Of a stretch of DNA of 38,264 nucleotides, positions 8,062 through 15,975 are shown in pieces. Made by a program: the position numbers and the translations under genes. The stretch spans positions 40,446 through 78,709 of the forward strand of contig MFOV01000003.1 in assembly GCA_001782515.1 (NCBI GenBank). Reading direction: 5' to 3'. Position 1 is the first letter of the stretch. Each line of letters begins with the position of its first letter. The notes beneath the pieces were generated by a model. That model was not told where the DNA came from and did not search any database. It was given only the letters and a program-made list of their open reading frames with translations. This stretch comes from Candidatus Levybacteria bacterium RIFCSPLOWO2_01_FULL_39_10 (lineage in GTDB: Bacteria > Patescibacteriota > Microgenomatia > Levybacterales > UBA12049).

Positions 8062-9690
8062 ATGGCAGTTGAAGCTTTTTCTCAAACAATATCACCCGGC
8101 TCCGACACTTTATCTTTTCCTGAAACAGAACAGACACAAAGATATGCTCTTATAAGCGTTTCTGATAAAACAGGGGTTGTGGGTTTAGCAAAGATAATTG
8201 ATCGTGCGGGATACAGGATCATCTCCACCGGGGGAACTGCCAAGGCGCTTACTGATGACGGCCTTCCAGTAATCCCAATCCAGGAAATAACAGGAACCCC
8301 GGAAAGTTTTGAAGGAAGAATGAAGACAATTAGCTTCCGGATTGAAGGCGGTATTTTATTTGACAGAACAAAGACCTCCCAAGTTAAAGAAGCAGAAAAA
8401 CTCGGGGTTCCTCAAATTGATTTAGTCGTTGCTAATCTTTATCCATTCGAAAAAACTGTTGCAGATCCTAACACTACATATGATGAGGCAACAGAACAAA
8501 TCGATGTTGGAGGACCAACTATGGTAAGATCTGCTGCTAAAAATCATAAAAGCGTAGTGATAATAGTTGATCCAAAAGATTATGACCGGGTTGGGGAAGC
8601 AATAAAAGCGGGAGAAATTGACCCACAGCTGAAAAGAGAGCTCGCGGCAAAAGCATTTGGACATTTATCTTTATATGATTCTCAGATCAGACAATTTCTA
8701 GAAACAGGCGAAGATTTTGCAGAAGAATTAACTCTTCCTGGAAGAAAAACTACAGATCTAAAATATGGAGAAAATCCCCATCTGGCAGCTGCTTTATACC
8801 TTGAACCAAACACAAATTCTCCGATGAGGAAACTTAAAAGAATTGGTGGTGGAAGAGAAAGCTCAGCAACAAATATCACAGATATAAATGCAGGGATTGA
8901 ATCAGTCAGGATATTCAGAGACACCCCCGTGGTAGTTGTAATAAAACATAATACCCCTTCTGGGATCGCTCTCGGAGAAACTGTGGAAGAGGCATTAAAA
9001 AGAGCAGTTGAGGCAGATCCAATTTCAGCATATGGAGGAGTTGTGGTTTCTAATAAGCCTTTAGACATGGATTGTGTTAGGATTCTTGAAAAATTTAGAG
9101 AACAACGGGGACAAATGGATATAATATCTGCACCTTTTATACCGCCAGAAGTTTTAGAAAAACTTATTGATATCAGAAAAAATGTAGGAATTTATACTTT
9201 TGGAGAAATACCTAGGGAAAGGTCACAAAGATTTCAAGTAAAGCCAATCGACGGAGGTTTTGTTTTGCAGGAATGGGATGATGATGAAACCAATATAGCT
9301 GATTGGAAAATCGCAACTAGATCTGCGCCTACCCGCAAACAACTTGAGCTTATGAGGTTTGGCTGGGACGCGGCAAGAAGAATGAAATCAAACACTATTG
9401 TAGCTGTTGATAAAGATATTCCTATGACTCGGGGAATTGGAACCGGTCAAACATCTCGCATTGCTTCCGTTGAAATCGCCCTTGCACAGGCGGGAGGAAA
9501 TGCAATTGGAAGTATTTTAATAAGTGACAGTTTTTTCCCTTTTGGGGATAGCGTAAAACTCGCTAGGGACGCTGGGGTTGGCGCTATTCTTCAGCAAGGA
9601 GGATCTAAACGCGATAATGATTCAATTGAAGTAGCAAATGAAGCAGGAATTCCTATGGTTTTTACCGGTAGAAGAGCCTTTTGGCATTAG
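8062..9690 (+). CDS. purH: Bifunctional AICAR transformylase / IMP cyclohydrolase
   Basis: 542 aa. MGS-like domain (ALISVSDKTG, STGGTAK), KYGENPH, and C-terminal ILQQGGSKRD...VFTGRRAFWH. Confidence 0.95.
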   Translation: MAVEAFSQTISPGSDTLSFPETEQTQRYALISVSDKTGVVGLAKIIDRAGYRIISTGGTAKALTDDGLPVIPIQEITGTPESFEGRMKTISFRIEGGILFDRTKTSQVKEAEKLGVPQIDLVVANLYPFEKTVADPNTTYDEATEQIDVGGPTMVRSAAKNHKSVVIIVDPKDYDRVGEAIKAGEIDPQLKRELAAKAFGHLSLYDSQIRQFLETGEDFAEELTLPGRKTTDLKYGENPHLAAALYLEPNTNSPMRKLKRIGGGRESSATNITDINAGIESVRIFRDTPVVVVIKHNTPSGIALGETVEEALKRAVEADPISAYGGVVVSNKPLDMDCVRILEKFREQRGQMDIISAPFIPPEVLEKLIDIRKNVGIYTFGEIPRERSQRFQVKPIDGGFVLQEWDDDETNIADWKIATRSAPTRKQLELMRFGWDAARRMKSNTIVAVDKDIPMTRGIGTGQTSRIASVEIALAQAGGNAIGSILISDSFFPFGDSVKLARDAGVGAILQQGGSKRDNDSIEVANEAGIPMVFTGRRAFWH

Positions 9691-9752
9691 TATTTAAAAC
9701 CACCCGCTGTTGTTATTTGCGGATTCTTTTTCAAATTGTTCGTAATATTTAT

Positions 9753-11282
9753 TTATTGGACGATGATTTGCCCTGCGGTAATAGAAGTTGTGGGATCAAT
9801 AGTATCTGCTGCCCCTGGTTGAGAATCGTAAATCACAGCAGTATCATCTTTGATTTGGAAACGAATCTTGTCTGTTGATGAATCAAGTCCAGTGATAAGG
9901 AAGGTATAATTTCCTGTTTCATTAATTGTTCCTGTTCCTCGAAGTGTCGCTTTACCGTTTGATGTGACAAGAACAGTAATTGTGCTTGCTTCAAACTCAA
10001 TATTTGCTGCGCTAAAGTTCATACTCACTTTTCCTGTTGGCAGATTTTGGTTGTCATATTTTGTTGTAACACCAAATTTCACTTGTCCAGTTAGAGTGGG
10101 TTGATTAGGAACAGCTCCAAGTGGAGAATTAAACATTCTTACTCCTGTAAATAGTCCCTGTGGCGTTGGATTATATGCTGAAATATATTGAAATACTTCT
10201 GAATCACTTGCATTGTTGTTATCGGTTACTGTTAATGTAACCTCATACACCCCAGCTACTTGATAAACATGGCTTCCTGAAACACTTCCTGATCCATTAC
10301 TTTCTATTATTGTCCCGTTACTCGTTGATCCGTCTCCCCAATCAAAAATAGCGGTATGCGTGTCTGTTGAGTTTCCATCACTAAAGTTTGCTGTTGCAGT
10401 AGTTTGTGTCCCTATTTGAACTGGATTAACTGATGTTGTAATAGTCCCGACAACAGGTAACACATTGGCGGGTGTTGGCGCTACGCTAAAGCTCGAAAAA
10501 TAAATATTCGCTAACCCACAGACTTGAGTTGAGTCCGGACCTGTATTGCCCATTTGCACAGTCAACATATCAGCATTTGACGTTGCGTAATTTAAAGCAA
10601 AATTCTGAGTTGTGTCTGGCGTAATAGGATTTGTGTCAGTGTGCAATCTTACGAAATAGTGACCACCCTGCCCTGTATCAACAACAGACCATCCTTGATT
10701 AGTTAGGTAAGATATATTGCTATTGGGGTAAATAGCGATAGTAATATCTTTTATGTCTTCTGAGTTACTATCATTAGTTATAGAAAGTATTCCGCTATAA
10801 AACTCTGGTTGATTTATAAACGGAACGGGTGACATTGCGACTGTACAGCTATCCACCGACACAGGCACAGAAGTTGGCGTTGGAGTAGGATTGGCAGAGC
10901 AGGAAGGGTCAGGATTAAATGCATAATTAAACGTCGGGGATGAAGGATTATAACCATATATCGAAACATTCAAAGTCGGCGTGCAACTGAAAGTACCATT
11001 TGAATAATTAAATATTCCCGAACAAGTACCTGCACCTGAACTTCCTCCTGTGCAAGAAGCAGGCTCGTCATTATAACCCCACCCCGTACCAAAAATCGCT
11101 ACGCTTTCTCTGGATATATCTCCACCAGTATATCCGGAATAATAAAATGAGTAATAACCTGTGGTGTGATCCATCGTCAAACCGGTTACTGTAAACGTAT
11201 CATCTGTTGCATAAGATTTAAAAGGAAATAGTAATACAAAAAAGAGGACTGCAAACAGAATTGATCTGATCTTGTTGTCCAT
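9753..11282 (-). CDS. Secreted PKD-domain protein
   Basis: 509 aa. Signal peptide (ILFAVLFFVLLFPFKSYA). PKD signature FDWGDGSTS...HVYQVAGVYEVTLTVTD. Beta-rich C-terminal domain (FRIKD-like RFQIKDDTAVIYD). Confidence 0.7.
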   Translation of the reverse strand: MDNKIRSILFAVLFFVLLFPFKSYATDDTFTVTGLTMDHTTGYYSFYYSGYTGGDISRESVAIFGTGWGYNDEPASCTGGSSGAGTCSGIFNYSNGTFSCTPTLNVSIYGYNPSSPTFNYAFNPDPSCSANPTPTPTSVPVSVDSCTVAMSPVPFINQPEFYSGILSITNDSNSEDIKDITIAIYPNSNISYLTNQGWSVVDTGQGGHYFVRLHTDTNPITPDTTQNFALNYATSNADMLTVQMGNTGPDSTQVCGLANIYFSSFSVAPTPANVLPVVGTITTSVNPVQIGTQTTATANFSDGNSTDTHTAIFDWGDGSTSNGTIIESNGSGSVSGSHVYQVAGVYEVTLTVTDNNNASDSEVFQYISAYNPTPQGLFTGVRMFNSPLGAVPNQPTLTGQVKFGVTTKYDNQNLPTGKVSMNFSAANIEFEASTITVLVTSNGKATLRGTGTINETGNYTFLITGLDSSTDKIRFQIKDDTAVIYDSQPGAADTIDPTTSITAGQIIVQ

Positions 11283-11296
11283 ATAATTTTTTCTTA

Positions 11297-11325
11297 GGAT
11301 ATTCTTTTTTGATACCCTTTGTCAA
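11297..11325 (-). promoter_or_regulatory. Candidate promoter of the PKD gene
   Basis: Minus strand TTGACA-17 nt-ATATCC, ending 14 nt before the ATG. Confidence 0.35.
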
Positions 11326-11391
11326 TAATCAAAACCAGCTAGATTTTTTTACCTTCCCACTACCTTCCCACTTTTCATGTGGGAAGCTACT

Positions 11392-12270
11392 TTAGAACCA
11401 GCCTTTTTTCAGGGGCGTGTCCCCAAATTCACGAAGAAGATCTTTTTGCTTTCCGGACAAATTTTTAGGAACTGTTACTTTTATTCTTACGTAATGATCG
11501 CCGCGACCTGATCCTCTAACATGAGAGACTCCTTTTTTGCTTAAACGAATCACTGTATTTGGTTGTGTTCCAGCAGGAATTCTAAGCTTAACATTGCCCT
11601 CAATTGTTTCAACATTAATTTCTGTTCCAAGTGCAGCCTGAGGGAAGGTAATTTCCTCATCGGTTACAATATCGTAACCTTCACGTCGGAATTTTGAATG
11701 TGGGAGAACCTCAATTAGGACGTCGTAATTGCCAAAACGAACACGCGAGCCATTATCAACACCTGCTGGAATTTTTACTGTTTGGTTTTTTCCCTCAATT
11801 GATATTCTTTTGGTAACTCCTTTTACTGCCTCCATAAAATCTATTTCAATCGAGTAAACAGGTCGCCTCTGGGCCCTTCCGAAAGGATTTGCTCCACCAA
11901 AAAACTGTTCAAAAATTTCAAATGGGTCTGAGAAACCTCCGAAATCAAATCCCCCCATATTTCCTGAGGTTGTATAAGTATAGGTGAAAGGGCCATATCT
12001 GCCGCTTTGAGCTCCTCCAAAACCTTGTCCGAAGGGTCCCGCACCTTGTTCAAATGCAGCATGACCGAATTGATCATAAGCCTGTTTTTTTTGGGGGTCT
12101 GACAAAACTTCATAGGCTTTATTTATTTCTTTAAATTTTTCGTGAGCTTGTTTATCCTTATTTCTGTCAGGATGATACTCTAGAGCAAGTTTTCTGTACG
12201 CTTTTTTAATTTCCGCATCACTTGCTCCTTTTGTTACTCCCAAAACTTGATAATAGTCTTTGTCTGCCAT
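11392..12270 (-). CDS. dnaJ: DnaJ-family co-chaperone lacking the Cys-rich zinc-finger domain
   Basis: 292 aa. J domain (DYYQVLGV...HPDRN), G/F-rich region and C-terminal substrate-binding domains. The protein has no cysteine at all. Last gene of the hrcA-grpE-dnaK-dnaJ operon. Confidence 0.9.
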   Translation of the reverse strand: MADKDYYQVLGVTKGASDAEIKKAYRKLALEYHPDRNKDKQAHEKFKEINKAYEVLSDPQKKQAYDQFGHAAFEQGAGPFGQGFGGAQSGRYGPFTYTYTTSGNMGGFDFGGFSDPFEIFEQFFGGANPFGRAQRRPVYSIEIDFMEAVKGVTKRISIEGKNQTVKIPAGVDNGSRVRFGNYDVLIEVLPHSKFRREGYDIVTDEEITFPQAALGTEINVETIEGNVKLRIPAGTQPNTVIRLSKKGVSHVRGSGRGDHYVRIKVTVPKNLSGKQKDLLREFGDTPLKKGWF

Positions 12271-12334
12271 TGTTAATAAATTAAAAATTAAAAATGATAT
12301 CTAAAATCTTTAGCCTCGTAATTATACAATAAAA

Positions 12335-12348
12335 ACCGCATGTGCGGT
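12335..12348 (-). terminator. GC hairpin between dnaK and dnaJ (possible attenuator or partial terminator)
   Basis: ACCGCA-TG-TGCGGT, followed on the minus strand by TTTTATTGTATAAT. Confidence 0.5.
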
Positions 12349-12384
12349 CTTTTCAGATATTAGATTTAATTTATTATTTAAAAT

Positions 12385-14313
12385 TTAGTTTACGACTTCG
12401 CCCTCAACTGGTTCGTCTGAATCTTTATTCTTTTTTTCTTTTTCTTTAGACTCATTATTTGCTTCAGAATCCGAACCCTCCGAGGTTTGCGCTTCGCTTG
12501 CCTCTCCTCCTGCTTCCGAACTCTGGTTATACATTTGCTGTCCTACTTTCGAAAGTGTGTCTGAGAGATCTTTTGTTTTTTCTTCAAGATCTTCTTTTGA
12601 ACCGGTGTCTAATATGTCTTTAAGTGCTTTTGTTTTGTCCTCAATTTCTTTTTTGAGATCTTCCTGAATTTTTCCTTCTGCTTCTTTTAAGGTTTTCTCA
12701 GCAGTAAATACAAGTGAATCAGCTTGGTTTTTTGTTTCAACTTTTGCTCTTGCTTCTTCATCGTCTTTTGCGTGTTGTTCGGCATCCTTAGTCATTTTAT
12801 CGATCTCCTCATCTGTTAGCCCGGTTGATCCTGTTATTTTTATGCTCTGTTCTTTGCCTGTTGCCTTGTCTTGCGCTTTTACATTTAAGATTCCGTTTGC
12901 ATCAATATCAAATGTGACCTCAATCTGGGGAACTCCACGAGGAGCTGGTGGGATACCGTCAAGTATGAAACGTCCTAAAGATTTGTTGTCAGCCGCCATT
13001 GCCCTCTCTCCCTGCAAAACATTTATTTCAACCTGTGTCTGGTTATCGGCAGCAGTTGAAAACACCTGAGATTTTGATGCAGGAATTGTTGTATTTTTGG
13101 AAATTAAAGGAGTTGAAACTGCGCCCAGTGTTTCAATTCCCAAAGTAAGAGGGGTTATATCAAGTAACAAAACGTCTTTTACTTCTCCTCCCAGTACTCC
13201 TGCTTGTATTGCTGCTCCTACTGCTACCACTTCATCCGGATTTACGGATTTATTAGGCTCTTTTCCAAAGAATTTAGTAACAGTCTCAACAACTTTTGGC
13301 ATTCGAGTCATACCGCCAACCAAGACTATCTCATTTATGTCTCCTACTTTTACTTTTGCATCTTTAAGAGCTTGTTCTGCTGGTTTTATCGTTTTTTGAA
13401 TAAGAGGGTCTACAATCTGCTCAAGTTTTGAACGAGATAAAGTCATTGTAAGATGAAGCGGTCCCCCCTCTCCTTGAGTTATAAAAGGCTGATTTATTTG
13501 TGTTTCCTGTGATGTTGAAAGTTCAATTTTTGCTTTTTCAGCAGATTCTCTGAGTCTTTGAAGGGCTTGAGGATCTTTTTTAAGATCTACCTGATTCTCT
13601 TTTTTGAATTCTTCTGCAATGTAGTCAATAATTGCCTGATCAAAATCGTCTCCTCCTAAGTGTGTGTCTCCATTTGTTGATTTAACTTCATAAACTCCTT
13701 CTCCGAGTTCTAGAATTGATATATCAAATGTTCCTCCACCAAGATCATAAACTGCAATTGTATGTGCGTTTTTCTTATCGAGTCCGTATGCTAAAGCTGC
13801 AGCTGTTGGCTCATTTATAATTCGGAGAACCTCCAAGCCTGCAATTTCTCCTGCTTGTTTGGTAGCTTGGCGCTGCGAATCATCAAAGTATGCGGGAACT
13901 GTTATAACAGCCTGGGTTACTTTGTCACCTAAATAATTTTCGGCATCTGATTTTATTTTCTGAAGAATTTTTGCGGATATTTCCTGCGGAGTGAAAGTTC
14001 GGCCTTCCACCTCAACATCAGCCATTCCGTCGCGTCCGGCTTTAACTGTATAAGGAAGCCACTTAATGTCGTATTGAACCGACTCATCTTTATATTTTCT
14101 TCCCATGAGTCTTTTTATTGAAAATACAGTTGTTTTGGGTTTAAGTACAAGTTGCCTTTTGGCAACGTCTCCGACAACATGACTCACGGGATCAACCACA
14201 GAGGGTATAACGTTTCTGCCCTCCCTGGAGTGGATGACTTTTGGAGATCCACCTTCCATTACGGCAACGCATGAATTTGTTGTACCTAAATCTATTCCAA
14301 TTATTTTTCCCAT
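12385..14313 (-). CDS. dnaK: Hsp70 chaperone DnaK
   Basis: 642 aa. Motifs [17 protein letters not shown] and [12 protein letters not shown]-like AAAGGA lies upstream. Confidence 0.98.
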   Translation of the reverse strand: MGKIIGIDLGTTNSCVAVMEGGSPKVIHSREGRNVIPSVVDPVSHVVGDVAKRQLVLKPKTTVFSIKRLMGRKYKDESVQYDIKWLPYTVKAGRDGMADVEVEGRTFTPQEISAKILQKIKSDAENYLGDKVTQAVITVPAYFDDSQRQATKQAGEIAGLEVLRIINEPTAAALAYGLDKKNAHTIAVYDLGGGTFDISILELGEGVYEVKSTNGDTHLGGDDFDQAIIDYIAEEFKKENQVDLKKDPQALQRLRESAEKAKIELSTSQETQINQPFITQGEGGPLHLTMTLSRSKLEQIVDPLIQKTIKPAEQALKDAKVKVGDINEIVLVGGMTRMPKVVETVTKFFGKEPNKSVNPDEVVAVGAAIQAGVLGGEVKDVLLLDITPLTLGIETLGAVSTPLISKNTTIPASKSQVFSTAADNQTQVEINVLQGERAMAADNKSLGRFILDGIPPAPRGVPQIEVTFDIDANGILNVKAQDKATGKEQSIKITGSTGLTDEEIDKMTKDAEQHAKDDEEARAKVETKNQADSLVFTAEKTLKEAEGKIQEDLKKEIEDKTKALKDILDTGSKEDLEEKTKDLSDTLSKVGQQMYNQSSEAGGEASEAQTSEGSDSEANNESKEKEKKNKDSDEPVEGEVVN

Positions 14314-14330
14314 ATATTCCTTTCAGTCAA

Positions 14331-14397
14331 ATTAAAAATTTAAAATTAAAAGTAAAAAATTAACTTTGAACTTTTCACTTTAAACTTTCAACTTGTT
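14331..14397. repeat. Run of about ten heptads spanning the grpE-dnaK spacer and the last grpE codons
   Basis: ATT at 14331/38/45/59, then ACTT at 14363/70/77/84/91 (TTGAACT TTTCACT TTAAACT TTCAACT). Confidence 0.75.
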
Positions 14398-14851
14398 GTC
14401 GTCCTACGACAACCTGTGCTGGCCTTAACACCCTATCATTCATTATAAAGCCGGACCGCACTTCTTCCAAGACCTTATTTTCTTCCCCAGCCTTTACAGA
14501 AACACATTCCATAGTGTTTGGATTAAACACCTCATTTTCAGTTTTGATTCTTGAAACTCCTTCTTCCGAAAGTACATCCAAAAATTTTTGAATTGAAAGA
14601 TTTAATCCTTCGTCCTGAATATGTTTTTGTGCAAGAAAAAGAGTATCTAAAACCGGCAGAAGATTTAAAATTAGATTTCTGTTTCCGGACTTTATCCATT
14701 CCTGCCTCTCTTCTTCAGTTCTTTTTTCAAGGTTCTGATAGTCAGCAAGTGCCCTTTTTAACAGGTTTTCAAGTTCATTTTCTTGTATTTCAAGTTTCTT
14801 CTCTCTCCGAGCCAAAGGGCTCTCTGAGCCAGTGGCATGTTTCTTCTTCAT
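14375..14851 (-). CDS. grpE: Nucleotide exchange factor GrpE (short form)
   Basis: 158 aa. Coiled-coil N-terminus and C-terminal GrpE beta domain (MNDRVLRPAQVVV). Operon position between hrcA and dnaK. Confidence 0.85.
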   Translation of the reverse strand: MKKKHATGSESPLARREKKLEIQENELENLLKRALADYQNLEKRTEEERQEWIKSGNRNLILNLLPVLDTLFLAQKHIQDEGLNLSIQKFLDVLSEEGVSRIKTENEVFNPNTMECVSVKAGEENKVLEEVRSGFIMNDRVLRPAQVVVGRQQVESLK

Positions 14852-14855
14852 CTTT

Positions 14856-14890
14856 TCTATTGTCTATCTTCTATAATCTAACTTCTAGTT
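14856..14890. repeat. Five direct heptads filling the hrcA-grpE spacer
   Basis: TCTATTG TCTATCT TCTATAA TCTAACT TCTAGTT, with TCTA at 14856/63/70/77/84. Confidence 0.85.
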
Positions 14891-14893
14891 AAA

Positions 14894-15625
14894 CTACCAA
14901 TCGCGCGCTACTTCTTCAACTAAATTGCCGAAATATCTAACAGTTGGGACAATGTAAGTATAGTTGAGCCGAGTTGGTCCGATCACTCCTATCTCTCCTC
15001 CAGTGTGTGATGGGGTTATAAATCTTCTGAAAACAATCCCATATGGGCCCGATAGTTTTGGCCCCAAATCATCTCCTAAAAGAATATGGATATCCTCATC
15101 CTTTGCTACTGTTTCAAAAAGCTTTCTGAAATACTCAAAATCATCAATTGCCGAAAGAAATGTTTTGGTAATATCAATATCATAAAATTCGGGCATATCC
15201 AGAATATTTGCATAACCCGCAAAATAGTAGTCTCCATTATCTGTTGATGATATCGCAAGTGCTCGCGTCTTCTGTGCCAGCTCTTTTGTAATTTCCTGCA
15301 AAAACTCTCTTTCTTTTTTTCTTGAATCCCAGACTTTTTCCTTAACCGCAACTTCCTCAGCAACTGAGAGTTCTTTCTCCTTCATAAGCTGATTAACATA
15401 AAATCTCATTGCCTGGGGTGTAGGAATTCTACCGGATGATGTGTGGGGTTTTTTAAGATATCCAGCCTCAGTAAGGCGCACCATTTCATTTCTTATGGTT
15501 GCGGGGCTTGCCGACAAGTTATGCTTTTTCTCAAGAGTTTCAGATCCCACTGGATTTGCTGTCTCAATATATTCTTCAATCAGAGATTTTAGAATTTCAA
15601 TTTGCCTTTGAGTTAAATCTTGCAT
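14894..15625 (-). CDS. hrcA: Heat-inducible transcription repressor HrcA (short, 243 aa)
   Basis: N-terminal winged helix (RQIEILKSLIEEYIETANPVGSETL...SPATIRNEM) and C-terminal GEIGVIGPTRLNY motif. First gene of the dnaK operon. Confidence 0.9.
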   Translation of the reverse strand: MQDLTQRQIEILKSLIEEYIETANPVGSETLEKKHNLSASPATIRNEMVRLTEAGYLKKPHTSSGRIPTPQAMRFYVNQLMKEKELSVAEEVAVKEKVWDSRKKEREFLQEITKELAQKTRALAISSTDNGDYYFAGYANILDMPEFYDIDITKTFLSAIDDFEYFRKLFETVAKDEDIHILLGDDLGPKLSGPYGIVFRRFITPSHTGGEIGVIGPTRLNYTYIVPTVRYFGNLVEEVARDW

Positions 15626-15640
15626 GGTTCCAATTAATAA

Positions 15641-15716
15641 CTTCTGACTTCTAACTACTAATAACTTCTCTTATTTAAACTTTAGAAGTTAGTAGTTAGT
15701 TGTTAGCAGTTGTCGC
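15641..15716. repeat. Heptad-built imperfect hairpin in the hrcA leader
   Basis: Left arm CTTCTGA CTTCTAA CTACTAA (15641..15661). Right arm TTAGAAG TTAGTAG TTAGTTG TTAGCAG (15682..15709). Each heptad pair matches at 5-6 of 7 positions. Confidence 0.75.
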
Positions 15717-15741
15717 TTGAATATCTTCAAACAGACCTTGT

Positions 15742-15807
15742 CCCGCATAAGCGCCCTTTGGGAGCGCGAGGCTGTAAGCCTCCGGCACAAAGTAAGCTCT
15801 GTGCGGG
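15742..15807. repeat. About 65-nt nested hairpin (unit A1), a paralogue of the core of module copy A
   Basis: Outer stem CCCGCA/TGCGGG, middle stem CTTTG/CAAAG, apical GAGGC-TGTAA-GCCTC. GC-rich in an AT-rich spacer. Confidence 0.7.
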
Positions 15808-15808
15808 A

Positions 15809-15835
15809 TTAGCAGTAATATATCACGTCTGCTAA
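15809..15835 (-). promoter_or_regulatory. CIRCE-like HrcA operator of the hrcA-grpE-dnaK-dnaJ operon
   Basis: Minus strand TTAGCAGAC-N9-TACTGCTAA, against the canonical TTAGCACTC-N9-GAGTGCTAA (7 of 9 matches per arm, correct 9-nt spacer). Confidence 0.7.
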
Positions 15836-15845
15836 TTCATGTCAA
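15817..15845 (-). promoter_or_regulatory. hrcA operon promoter overlapping CIRCE
   Basis: Minus strand TTGACA (15845..15840)-17 nt-TATATT (15822..15817). The -10 box lies in the CIRCE spacer. Confidence 0.6.
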
Positions 15846-15949
15846 GGAGGAAGATACCGTCTGGTATCTTCCGACGATGACCCCGTATAAACGCTCTTGC
15901 GACGCGAGGATGTAAACCTCGGGAGCAAGGAAGTTTATATGGGGTCAAG
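15841..15949 (+). repeat. Copy A of the structured intergenic module
   Basis: GTCAAGGAGGAAG start. P1 GGAAGATACC-GTCT-GGTATCTTCC. Linker CGACGATGA. P2 GACCCCGTATAAAC/GTTTATATGGGGTC enclosing CTTGC-GACG-CGAGG-ATGTAAA-CCTCG-GGA-GCAAG. Ends GGGGTCAAG. Confidence 0.8.
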
Positions 15950-15959
15950 CTCAAAACAA

Positions 15960-15968
15960 TGCTATACT
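15960..15968 (+). promoter_or_regulatory. Extended -10 element in front of ORF 15976
   Basis: TGcTATACT, ending 7 nt before the ATG, with no SD. Confidence 0.4.
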
Positions 15969-15975
15969 AATTTTC

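Noticed and set aside
9704-9731. Possible purH terminator (CCGC-11 nt-GCGG followed by ATTCTTTTT)
   Set aside because: The stem is only 4 bp with a large loop, which is too weak to call.
11353-11386. Hairpin CTTCCCAC-TTTTCAT-GTGGGAAG with a duplicated 5' arm (TACCTTCCCAC x2), considered as the dnaJ terminator
   Set aside because: On the minus strand the stem is followed by an A-rich tract, not a U-rich one, so it does not look like an intrinsic terminator. It is kept only as an unexplained hairpin in the dnaJ / PKD-gene spacer.
11841-12113. Same-strand alternative-frame ORFs (11841..12113 within dnaJ, 15106..15363 within hrcA, 20719..20916 within tatD)
   Set aside because: They lie inside genes with strong domain signatures in the other frame, and nothing suggests dual coding.
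14331-15716. Heptad arrays considered as CRISPR-like or minisatellite loci
   Set aside because: The units are 7 nt long with no spacers, and each array is 28-70 nt, so they are not CRISPR. No cas genes are present in the window.
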